Part shown: in pieces, positions 51,531 to 64,000 of the stretch
How positions within the stretch are numbered: the first letter of the stretch is position 1
How the letters are laid out: the number at the start of each line of letters is the position of its first letter
NCBI GenBank assembly: GCA_013265495.1
Contig: MU058449.1
Location: forward strand, 248,001 to 312,000
DNA: 64,000 bases
From: Vicugna vicugna
Taxonomy: Eukaryota
Reading direction: 5' to 3'
Notes under the pieces: model-generated
Seen by the model: only the letters and a program-made list of their open reading frames with translations
Told to the model about the DNA's origin: nothing
Databases searched by the model: none
Made by a program: the position numbers and the translations under genes

Positions 51531-54500
51531 CAATGATGGTGACAACAATAACAACAACAATAATTGTGGGGAGGGTGGAGGAAGACCTGAGGAGACTATG
51601 GAGTAACCTCCTATAGAGGAAAAGACAATGAGTGGCCATCTTACAAAAGTGACCCAAGTAGACTGAAAAGTAGAAAGTGAATTATATCACTTTCATCTCC
51701 TTTTCATCCAGTAAAAATTCAGTATAGTCAGAGATATGAATTGCTTCTAAATTATTTTCTCTTCCCCAAAATTCCTCTGATCATTATGATGACACTACAT
51801 ACATATTTTCCATTTTATTCAGCGCTAATTTTGGAAAAAAACTAAAAAACAGAGTCCAGGATTTAATGAGATGTCTCACCAAGAAAAGGAATGAGATCTT
51901 TGGAATTTTAGTGAACTAAGAATCAGAGCAGTCACATTACCATTCTTAAGTTACCACAACATAAATACTCATTACACTGCTGATATTCACTAGTATCTGG
52001 TCCATCTGTTATTTCACAACCCCTTTATTGTAGCACTGTTTCAGTTCAACAATCCAACTCCTATTGTTCCTGATCCTACAATTTCAAACTCATACACATG
52101 ATCTTGTAATGGCTTCCACCATTCTGCAGAGGAGGAAGATGGAGACTGTGGAGTTAGTTTATAAACTGAAAAATCTGAAGGACTTAAATAATGTGGGGTT
52201 TAGACCATAATTAATAATTAATGTCATGTTAAAAGTCACTGATACTTGGGATGGAAGGGACCATGGAGGTTATCTGGTGTAATCCAAATCTTATTGCGGA
52301 ATTCCTCTTGGGTTATGTCTGAGAATAGTCCCTCACCCTGTGTAAGCAATCGTCATGCCCACGGACAGAGAGGAGACCACTGACCATAAAAGTCTAAGGC
52401 ATATCAGGTAAGCCTATCTGAAAAGTCTGATTCTGGTTTGAATGCTTTGAGCATGGGTATGAACAATATAGATATTTGGTGCAATTATGTCTTGTGATGA
52501 ACAGAGAAACTCCCCCTTCCTGATCCAGTCTCCTGGTCCTCCTTTGTGTATCTGCCCTCCTCTCTTTTCTCTCTCAAGTCCTTCTCTGTATTTTCCTATT
52601 ACCTCCCACTTTTATTTTTCCCAGTTCTCACCTACTTGGTAGAATAGTTCCTCTTGTCGTGAGAGACCATTCTGACTCTCAAGGCAAGAAAGATGATTAA
52701 TAAGTCTTCCTCCAGTCCTTAGAGATAAGAGGCCCCAAGATAAATGCAGGATTGTGCCTGTAACCCCATCAGTGCCACCGTTTCTGTTTATGGCCCTCCT
52801 CCAAATTCTTCCTTTACCATTTCAGATTATGGCAGAAGAGTACAGTTTGGGAATACAAGGGAAAGAGGGCTATAATGATTCTCAAATATTTATTGCCTCA
52901 ATATCTGGAACAAGGATATAGTACAACATGAATATGAAATACTAGTTTCTGTCCAGAATATGGTGGGTAGTAAAGAATTTTAGATATGGGGTAGCCAATG
53001 AGAGGGACTTATTGAGTTGAGGGACCTAGAGTCTATAATCTAAGAGCTAGAAGTGACTGTAGTTCAATTCTATTATTATATACTAGGTAAAAATAAGACT
53101 CCATTATGTGATTTACCTCCTCAAAATCATATAATAGGGAGTATATGGAAAATCTCTGAACCTTTCACTCAATTTTGCTGTAATGTTATATCTGCTCTAA
53201 AAAATAAAATCTACTTTAAAGATCATAAGCAATAACGCCAATATTATTACTCAAATCTGATTCTCTAGAGTGGTACCTTTATTCACTGTGCTATAGAGTT
53301 CTTCCTGATGAAACAGATTAGATACATTTGGTATGACTATAAATAGATGCTTCCTCAATGAATAAAACTCCCTATGTTTGTCAACAATATTGACTTCAAA
53401 ACGTCTATGAGTGATTAAGCATGCAAAAGGGTTGGCATGTGGACACTGAATGATGAGAATTCTCTAATTAGTGTGGAAGTTTCAATTGTAATGCCAGTCC
53501 TCTTTAGTATAGGAACTGCTTAAAAAGTGTGGTCTATTGTTAATCTTTCCAACTCTGGTTTTGAATTTGGCAATTTTGATTGGTTTAATTATAACTCTTA
53601 AGAACTGAATCATCTATTATCTCACCTAAGATATTGTTTATTACATATATTGCATATAGCTTACTACTCTTCAGGCACTGTGATATTTAATACATTCATC
53701 GATAACTGGCTCTTTCAGGAAGTGAAAAACAGAATTACCTCAATAGAAGTAATAGTTCTTATAAAGAAATTCAACATTCACTGATAGTCTATGAAAATAA
53801 GAGGTTATTTCTACCCTTCCATAGAAAAACTTTCACAACTCCATCTTTACACATTTCCTTGTGAAATTACTAGAGAAATTATTTTAACTTACTGCCTTCA
53901 CTGGCACTGGATACTTTAGAATTCTCCTTGTACTTTAATTTCTTTAATATTAACTTAAATCACTTTGACATCATCTGAGTTTGATGTGATCAAGGATCCC
54001 AAATTTAGAGCATTATCACTAGTCAAGGCAACCACATTCCTTTACCATAAGGTCTATGTATTTCTCAGAAACATGCCAGGAGGAAATAAAAAGGCAATTT
54101 CATGTCCCATTTCCAAATTCTTTCTTTGGCAACCAAAGTCATGAGCTCAATTTTGAATAGTTCACTATGATGGGGAGGAGGTGATGGGCAAATATTCACA
54201 TTTAGAGCTATGGACAGATCACTACCTAGACCACAAAGCCTAAGAGTAAATACAAACATGAAAGAGTGGTTGCAGGAAGAAAGGCATTCTTAGCCTCTTT
54301 TCCAGATCTTCCCTACTCTGTGCCCTGACTATAAAGAGCTGCATCGAGGTACCTCTGCCCTCTGGCTTCTAGTTTTACTTGGTCAATGATGGGAATGGCA
54401 GGAAACAGGAATACAAAAGAACATGCAATTGCAGTGTTTGCTCCCCTGACTCCTCACCAACCCTCCCATTTTGGTTCCTCATGGTGGCTGCCTCTCTCTA

Positions 54501-56253
54501 CAGAAAGGGAACACTCATGCCAGGTGTCCTTCTCCACATGCTGTCCTTTCCATGGTCTGGTAAAATGTTTTCCCTTGCCACTTCAGGACTAGTGACGGGA
54601 GCAAACTTTCATCTGTAATACTAAGATCTATCTCTCTATTTATCTATCTATCTATATTTATTTTTGCCATTTTCATAAATGCTTTATTATGTCTATCCAC
54701 AAATGGTAAAAGCATACAGAAGTGTATGTGATACAGAATATAAGTCAAGATCCTCTTTCACATGTTAGCTTATACTTTAAACAGTCAAGAAGAAATGTAT
54801 TATGTACATTGAGATTACCTACTGATGTGCGTAGAAAGTTTAAATTAGCTGCAAGAAATTTTATCTAGACACACACCTGTCTAGTGCTAGTATATGTATA
54901 TACATACACACAAACACACACACACATACATATTCCTTTTTGGTTTTCCTAAATCCTGCCTACATATTTGCAATGACCCCTGACCCCTTTATAAAATTCT
55001 TTCAATTCTCCAGTTTGACAATGGCATGTTCTTCCAGACAGAAAGTTAACTAATACAAAACAGAAATGTCTACCTCATATACATGCATACATCTCTCTTG
55101 TCATTTTCTGTCTCTGTGTTTATCACCATCACTATCTTCGAGTTTATTATTGAAGTTTTTACATGTGCAATTTTTTTCTTCATTTTCAAACAAAAAGGCT
55201 GATGTTCACGTTTTGATTAATCAGGCCAAAAAGTCCTTTTTTTTCCTAAAATGGGGGTATTCACCTGAAAAAAGTCAGTTGCCCAAGTGGAAGAGAGAAA
55301 GATTCAGGTGTCTTTGCATATTTAGTTTTTCTACATATGACAATGAGGAGGAAGGAGAGGACAGACAGCAAGTCAACCTAGACAAAAAGGAGAACAAAGG
55401 CCTCTTTCACAAAGGAAAGTTGAATAAATTCCTTAAGAGACAATGCATATAGAGCAAAGTAGATGGAAATCACCTATGATTTACCCTGGAGCTAAGACTC
55501 CTCATGGTCAGTATATATGAAATAATGCCTTTGTCATGTATAAAACCTAACTGCATGTATTTGTTAAGTTTTTTTGGTATTTTCATATTCACTGGCCTTG
55601 TTTGCTATAAAATCGGTCTTCTTATCTGATTTAATCTTTAAAAGTATATTTTCATAGATTTTTTTTGTTTTAAATTCTTTACAAACTGCAGTTTGTTGTC
55701 TAGTTTTATTATTTTCTGAGATAAGTTTACTTCCTAAATGATTTTTTTAAAACTATAGTTCTGTATAGTTTTCACTTTTTATTACCTTCTGTATTCTTTC
55801 TTATTTTCAGATTACCTAGCATTAATGCTGCACAAAATGTGATTATTTACATTTTTCAGCTTCCCATTATTTAACCAAGGGGAGGTTTTTTTTGGGGGGT
55901 GTCATTTAAAATACTATTTGTACAAAAATAATCAGTTTGGGTTCTCTTTGAACCTTTTTCTAATTGTCTCAAATCTGTTTCTATTCTCCCGTTAAAAAGT
56001 ACACTTTAAGCTTGAGTGTTGAAAATTTGCTTGTTTCTTCTTATTTCCTAGGGAATTGTGTGAGACAGCAAGAGTCTTGGGCAGCTACAGTTCATGGTGA
56101 TCTGGGGGATCGCTCTTGCTCTATTTTTGTTTAAAGTTCTGCACATGAGACAGATGCCTAATAGGAGAATACACTTACCAAGGGATATTGGGTTTTTTTT
56201 CACTCATTTCATGAGTTACGGAGCCCCTTTGGGGTTAAATCTGCATCTGCCTT

Positions 56254-56332
56254 CAGATTTAATTAATTCTTCAAAATTGTAGAACAGATAAACAAGATTA
56301 CACTGTATAGCACAGGGAAATATAAAAAAAAA
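56254..56332 (+). mobile_element. 79-bp L1-derived retro-insertion with a perfect 17-bp TSD
   Basis: aaatctgcatctgcctt at 56237-56253 and 56333-56349 flanks an L1 3' UTR piece and a poly(A). Confidence 0.88.
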
Positions 56333-56925
56333 AAATCTGCATCTGCCTTGTGAGTTTTTCCCACTGAAGAAAACTAACTCTATGCATTCATGGCCCAAGC
56401 TTTTTCTGACAACCATTCCACTAGAAGTAAACAAAGAAATGTAGTATTTTCATTTATTCCATCTCTAAATTCAGACATCCATTTGATTATGATTTGACTC
56501 AAAGTATGGAGAATGAAGTCTACTTTGTCTCAGTAGAAAGAAAATATACCTAGTTATTAACACCAACTCTACTATATATTATCTCTTTCACTTTTGAATA
56601 GTTAAGTTAACTTCTCTGTTTTAGTTCTAACATGGAAAATAGGACTTCTCTTCAAACCTGAATGGAAAATATCTCCATAAATTATTTGAATGAAATAAAT
56701 TCCCTCTTACTAGACTCCCTGGCACCAGGATTTTAAGATGCTTTAAAGCTAGGAAGGAATAATAGAAATAATTGAAAGATATTTTTTTCTTGAATGGACA
56801 TATAGAATTTATGAACTATCATGGAAGTATTATGCACCAAATGTGTCCAAGAGTTTCTACACAGGTTATTTTCAGGATGAGGAAAATGAATATAAAGGTC
56901 AAAATACTGGGGACTCTTTCACCTT

Positions 56926-57909
56926 CTAAGTGTGAGCAAGCCCAGCCCTTCTGGATGATAATACTCTTAGAAAGCCTTGGCGAATCTGCTTTGTCTTGAT
57001 ACTATAAATAATTGGGTTGAGTACTGGTGGAACTATCAGGTAAATATGTGCCATGGTTATGTGAATAATGGGGGAGGAGTGTTTTGCAAAGCCATGCACT
57101 ACAGATAACCCTATCATTGGCACATACAGAATGAGCACAGCACAAATATGGGAGGCACACATATTGAGGGCTTTGAGTTTCCCTCTCTTGGATGCAGTGC
57201 CTAGCACAGAGTGGAGGAGGATGAAAGCATAAGAAAAAAAGATTCCTAGAGAATCTACACCCCAATAAAATGCAACAACAAACAAGCCATACAATACGTT
57301 GAATGAGATGTCAGCACAGGCCAATTGGATGACATCTTGATGTAAGCAGAAAGAGTGGGAGAGAACACGGGAGTGACAGAAGGAAAACGTGGGAATATGA
57401 ACAAGAACAACAGGGAGGACAGTGGAGCATCAGATTACAATAAAGACCCCTATGTAGACAATGCATCATGGGGTCAGTTTGCTGGAATACCTCAAAGGAT
57501 CGCAGATGGCAACATAGCAGTCAAAAGCCATGGCTATGAGCACAGATGACTCCATCAGAGAAAAAGTATGAATAAAATACATCTGGGCTACACAAGCATC
57601 CAACTCAATCTCCTTAGCTTCAAACCAGAAGGTTTTCAGCACTGTGGGCAGGGTGGAGACTGACATGCCCATGTCAGTAAGGCATAGCATGGCCAGGAAG
57701 TAGTACATGGGCTCATGGAGACTCTTGTCAGTGTGGATGATGTGAAGGATGGTGCAGTTGCCCACTATCCCAAACAAGAAGAAAACACAGAAAGGAATGG
57801 AAAGAAAGTGTTGTACATTGTCGTAGCCAGGAATCCCAGTGAGGTAGAAGGAAGCAGACTGCCCAGGACTGGAATTAGAGCCTGTCAGGAGGCTGTCCCA
57901 TGGAGCCAT
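56926..57909 (-). pseudogene. OR51-family olfactory receptor pseudogene with two nonsense codons
   Basis: ATG at 57909 after acceptor ttcttccttttAG (57933-57934). In-frame TGA at 57466-57468 and 57430-57432, no frameshift, DRY changed to DCY, extra Leu codon in FILLHSVL. Confidence 0.94.
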
Positions 57910-59699
57910 CCACCTACCATAAAAATAGACTCCTAAAAGGAAGAAAAACACACAACACTGAAAAGATAGCAACTCATGTTTCTCTATTAGCTTTTCTACC
58001 CAACTCTTATTGCTTTGCAGGGACATTATGCATAAAGATTTTGAAAAGCTATTCAAAGTCACCATCCTCTTTAAACGTATTATTGTGTAATACTTAAAAT
58101 GGCTTATAATATTATATAGTTATCTGCCAATCTTTTACCCTATTGATTCTGGATTTGGAGTCATTTGTAGGATGTTCTTTCCTCTCCCAAGTTTACAACA
58201 TATTCCTAACATTTTTTATAGGTTGTTTTGTTTTTATGTACTTTTAGATTCATCATTTACTTGCCATTTATTTTTGGATGTGATGTTAAGTAAGAATATT
58301 TTCTGAGATCCTGACTTCTCCATGTTAAGCACTCATTTTCCTCTGACAAGGACACCTGGTAGAAATATTTTAGAATAAGTGTCAGAAAAAGCTTAGGCAT
58401 TAAATGCATAGTTAGGTTTACCCAACAGAAAAAAAAAAAAGACTAATCAAGTCATATTACAGGATATGAAACTGGTATTTCAAAAAACACTAGATACGCA
58501 CCAAGAGTGGTTACCAACTAGAGAGGTAGATAAATCAGCCCTCAAACTGGTTTAAATGGGAACCAGAAGTCCACAAGCATCCACAAACAGTACTTTAATT
58601 TACACAGCTTCAAGGATTTTGGAGTTTGTTTTCTCTTTCATATTCCCCACCAAGGTTTATTTATGTGTACCTATTCTACAATGAGACAAGAGTTTTGTTT
58701 AAGTGAATTTTTATCATATGTCCATGGATATAATTGATTTGTGAGCCATATCAGCTTTGTTCATCCTGGAGCCTCCCTTGTATTGTCACTGAAACTCACA
58801 GCTAGTTTTCTAATGTTTCCATCTGTGAACATGGTCTTGGGTCATCTCTGATAGACACAAGAAAAATACCACCATTATAGACTCTACATCCCTAGGGTAT
58901 TAAATAAAGTTTGCCACCCCATCCCCAGACTCTGACCCAGCGGCTCACTATAACTGCAACAATCTAGTACCATTTTCTTGATTTTCTTCTTTTTGGTATA
59001 AATCATAAATAGTCCTTCCTGCTCAGACTTCAGAGTATTTTTACCAGGCCTCCCTGCGTAAGAGCCTTGCCCTCTCCTGCAAATGCCTCCAAGTTTTACC
59101 TGAACATGTGCCATCTTCTCACTTTTCTTTACCAAAACATAGGCCTTGGAGAAAACTGAAAGAGGTAGGCCTTGAAAGGAAACACTTTTGTTGGGCAGAG
59201 AAGGGAGAGAAGGGGGAAGAGTTGTGAGAATCCCTGCAACAAGAACACTGCCTTAGGTAGTTGTTGTGGTCCACAAAGTACTGGGGGTGGGGGGTGGGGT
59301 AGATAATCAGCTAAATTTTGTTACTTTACTTAACTCACAGGAATAGTTCTCTAAATCATGGTGACTCTACAATTACAATGGCAGATTGAGGTATTCCTGC
59401 TAAGAGGAAGTAAGCCTCATATGAAGTAGAAATGGAGAGCGAGAACACTTTCAAGCTAGATATTTAGCCTGGGACCTTATAAAACAGTGAAACACAAGCA
59501 GAGCTTACTATTGGGAGAGTTGAGAGCTTAGAATTTGGAAATAAGAAGGTGTACCTATTTCTAGTGAGAAGGCCTGAAAACAAAAGAATGAACCACCTCA
59601 TCCTTCAAGGATTACACATCTTTGCTTCAAAAGTAGATGAAAAAGGATTGGGAGAACAAAATAGGTTGCATAATCTGTCTTTCCTCATCTCTCCCCATC

Positions 59700-60960
59700 T
59701 CTCTTTATATTCATATCCTGCCCAACACCCTCCCAAAGCTGAGTACCTCTAGTCAAATTAATCAATAATCCCTGGTCACCAAATCTAAACAATGCTCCTG
59801 CCTCAATCATAATATAACTCTCAGCAGCATATGAAACTGTTGACCATTTTCTCATTTGAAAATGTTTTTCTCCATATATATATATTTTTTTAAAAGGTTG
59901 CTTTTGTCTCCTCCCATCTTACTAGTTGCTCTTTTTTTTTTTTTTAAATCTTCATTGAGTCCTACTCCACTACCAGATTTCTAAATGTTATATAAGTATC
60001 CCAGGGCTTACTTCTGCTTTTATTTCTATTATATAACTACACTTTTTCTTAAGATATTTTATTCAGTAATTCTCTTTAAAAACGATCTATACATTGGTAA
60101 CTCCACTACATGTCTCTATCCTTAATCTCTCAACTGATCTCCAGAATGGTATATCAGATAGTCTACTGGATAACTCAGCTTGGATGTCTAAAAGGCACAG
60201 CAAAGACCACCTGGCCAAGAAAGAATTCTTGATAAATTGCCTTAATATTTCTGTCTCAGTAAATGTAACTCATGCTATACAGTTGGTCAAAAACTAGACA
60301 TTGCCTTTGGTTATTCAAATTCATTAATATGCTCTCCTATTACTACACTCAAATTATTTTAACTAATTCACTTCTGCTCTTTACCACAGTCATGATTTCT
60401 CTTCTAAACTATTTTTATTAGCCACTTAATTCATGTAATTCTTTCCACTCTTGTGTCACTCCCCCCAAATTAATTTTCCTTAGAGCAGTGAGTTCTTAAA
60501 GACACAGGCAAAGCAAGTCATTTCTGTGTTTAAAATGCAATTGCTGCCTACTGATCTCTGAAAGGAAAGCAATTGTCATTATTTATAAAATCCTTCTTCC
60601 TTGTGTATGGAAAGAGGGAGGTGGATTTATACATGTGATTTTGCCCCTGCTCCCCTTCCTCATCATCAAATCCTCTTCCTTGTGTATGGAAAGAGGGAGG
60701 TGGATTTATACATGTGATTTTGCCCCTGCTCCCCTTCCTCATCATCTTTGTGCTCTCATGCTCAAATTCACTTGATTGTCTTACAGAGTTTTATTAGTTC
60801 TTATCTCACTGCCACCCTTGTTCACCGAACTACAGACATTCCTTCCTTCTTTCTGTTTATATAATAATCCAAGTTTCTTTCTCACCACTCTATTCAAATA
60901 CTCTCTGTCCACGATCTAAAATATCCAAACACAACTCATCTCACATTACTTCATCACATT
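59700..60960 (+). mobile_element. Old LINE-2 fragment
   Basis: L2-like text: ctctcagcagcatatgaaactgttgacc; ctactggataactcagcttggatgtcta. Confidence 0.7.
60588..60746. repeat. Tandem duplication of an 80/79-bp unit
   Basis: 60588-60667 and 60668-60746 are identical except for a 1-bp indel. Confidence 0.95.
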
Positions 60961-63299
60961 ACACGGTTTTTTCCTACAAAATTCACTCATTTTTCATCTC
61001 ACTCAAATCCACTATCTCCAGCTCCCAAAGCCAACCTCTTTTCTTTAACCCATATTTTCTTTTCTTCTTTCCATTGACAAATTGATAGTGGTTTTCCCTC
61101 CCAGCTCTGCCTTTCTTCCCCATGATAGACTTACTCCTGTCTGGAGGCTACTTCTGTTTCTCCATCACTTAACTTTCACTGCTTTGTTTTCTTGCTCATA
61201 GTTAAAGTGCTCAAGCTGGAGATAGTGTTTCTAATGGGATATAGAAGGTTATCAGTTTGTCCCTCTGTGATAAAAAGAAGCTCTTTATTTTTCCCGGTTA
61301 TATATAGGGTCCTTCAAAGCCTGAGGGACCCATAGTCACTAATGCTACATAAGGAGTAGGGACCTGTGGGCACAAGGGATGGATGTTGTTCAAGATGAGA
61401 CAGCAGGAATTTCTACAGGAACAGAGAATGTCTAAGGGAGATGTAAGTGGACAAATTCAAGGAAACCCTGACTACCTCTGATGGCTGGCTGAGTTTAGAC
61501 ACACAATGGGAGGTGGGAAGGCTCCAATTGAATAAAGCATTAGTGGAATAAAAGGACTATACATACTAAGACTACACAATAAAGTTAAGGGACAGTGGAA
61601 CTAAACTAGGCACTAGGACTGGGCAGGTCCTAGAAATTACCAAGACTATGGGATGGGGTCCCCTAGGGATCTTCCCTAGATGTAAGAGTGAGTCAGAAAT
61701 AGATATGTTCTCAGAGAGACTAGTATAGATTCAAATAATCTCAAATTCTGATTTGATTCAAGAGATATGAGATTATTAGTGCCCACAGCCACCTGCTGGA
61801 ATTATATCCAAATCCTCTAAACTGGAATAATATTACATAATATTAGTCTAGGCTTAAATTATTTCTAGTTTATTTTTACACAAAATATTTGGCCTTAGCA
61901 TAACCAAGAAGAGAAAGCAACAAATATACATAACATGAAACTAAGATTTAAAAAAGTACTGCAAGAATAAACATAGGGTATACAAAAATACAATTTTCAG
62001 ATAGGCTTTGTAATGACTATAAATAAACACACTCAAGAAAATAGAAGGTAATATTTAAGTATTCAGAAAAAACTGAAATATTTTTTAAAGATTCAAATGA
62101 AAATTGTATAATGGAAAAAAAAAACTAAAAGCACAGATTTAAGAAATCAAGTCTTCAATATTATTAGAGAACTACATGATTGAAAAGGTAAGTAAATGCC
62201 CAAATTATGGAGATCTCATGTAGTAAAGCCCAGATTTCAATCCAGGCAATCAAGACCTATAACTAAGTTTCTTACCTCCATTTATATGTGGTCAAGTAAA
62301 AATTTAAGCTAAAACTTAATTTTTAACAGTTATATTTTGGAAAGGTGCTAGAATTTAGAAGAAAAAAATTAACACCAAAATGAACATCAATTCTCTCTTG
62401 ACAAATGCATATTATATTAAGAGAACTGTTGAGAATGAATATGTAATTAAATGAGTTTAAATATGTATGTATATATATTTTAATATATATTCATTATTTA
62501 TATATATAGGATAAGAAACATACCATTTTTGAAACTTTATGAACACAACTGTCATTGTATCAACAAGAGTTGCTTCTCAGATAAGTTACATTATTTGCAT
62601 ATTATAATGAAAGGTGTTTTTTATATAAAATAGTCTTGACTAAATATTAGGTAAATCTAGACTCTATTATTGAATTTTTTAATGAAAATTATCTAAGTGG
62701 CAAAGTGAAGAAATATGCTATCCATTATCCCACTACCCCAATGTAATTCTTTTGGATATATTCAGGTGTTCTCTCCCCTTTTTCATATAGTTGAAATGTT
62801 AATAACCATATATTTTGTACTCTGATTTTTTTCTTATATATCAAATACATTTTACGTCTAATTAATTTCTTAAAATAAAATCTCAAAAATAACACTACTG
62901 GAGTAAAGAAGACTTTTTTCACTACTTAACTATTTAATTTTTTAACATATCACTTATACTGGTTTAAGTACATATTTACTAGTAATATTTTTGTCACTTG
63001 GATATTAAAATAAGCTTATAATAAATGGGTCCTTTTCTTGAAACATAAGCATAATCCATTCACATTTCTTTATATTTTAGCTACCTTAGAAAACCTGACA
63101 ACATCTTAAACCCAGTCTTTCAAACAGCCTTAGTATGGACTTTGTTTCCAATTTTGACAACCTACATCAGTTCTATATAGAGGAGATCAAGTTATACATT
63201 GCTGGAAAAATGGTATCTTATTGCGCTGAGACTGAAATTAAGCTTTTTCACTGATCCCTACCCTTTGCATACCTTGTTTCAGCTATCCTACCCTTCTCC

Positions 63300-63645
63300 T
63301 CAACTCTTAGCAAAAATTTTCTCCTCATATCTTTTTCTTGCAATAATCTTCCTCAGTTCTTTGAACGACTCATCCAGGTCTCAATTCAACCATTATCTCC
63401 AACAAAGTTCTTTCCTGATCTTTTTCTAAGTTCTTCCTACCTCTAGTCAGTCTCTATTACATCACTTCTTAACTTCATCAAAGAACTTTATTTCCTGAAA
63501 TATTACAATTTTAAATGTATTGCTGATTTTTCCCACTATAAGAAATATTCGTAATATGAAGGACCTTGTATGCTTTATTATATTCCCAGCTCCTAGAATA
63601 TTACTATTACCTACTATGTAGAAGGAAGTCAATTAAATGAATAGA
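63300..63645 (+). mobile_element. LINE-2 3' end
   Basis: tattcccagctcctagaat...agtcaattaaatgaat. Confidence 0.65.
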
Positions 63646-64000
63646 AGAGTTGTTTTCACAAATAATGCAGGAATGTGAGTTCCATGTAAATGTGGTACAG
63701 TAAGAAATCACAAAGCTGCTTTGCACAGTCATGTTCAGAACAGTAGATGCTCATAATTTTGTGTTTTTTCTTTATTTCTAGTATTTCTATCACACTTACA
63801 TAAAGAATTAATCTTCCTAATCAGTGAAATGATTAAATAACATACATATTGAAGAACTGGAGAATGGTTAAATAAATACTGGAACATAAATTCAATGATA
63901 TATTTTGTAATTATTAAAATTATAATTATGCAAACTTTAGCGTTAAGAGAAAGGTCTTCATTGCATATTTTCTAATAGGAAATTAGGAATTATGTATACT

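Overview
AT-rich mammalian genomic DNA containing part of a class I olfactory receptor (OR51/OR52) cluster. The tRNA-derived SINE and the young L1 3' ends look camelid, which is an inference from memory of repeat sequences. There are six single-coding-exon OR loci. One is clearly intact (OR51V-like, 9837-10781 +). One OR52-type reading frame is uninterrupted but has TTG where its start ATG should be (41780-42727 +). Four are disrupted OR51-type pseudogenes (23168-24138 +, 35031-35958 +, 48495-49449 -, 56926-57909 -). Intergenic DNA is mostly L1, L2, MIR, LTR/ERV and SINE remnants plus microsatellites. The main structure not explained by genes or interspersed repeats is a ~3.3 kb inverted duplication (about 2510-5812 vs 31607-35000) of an OR upstream region whose left copy has no coding exon. 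I did not find convincing evidence of a new biological system. Repeat boundaries and subfamily names were assigned by eye and are approximate.
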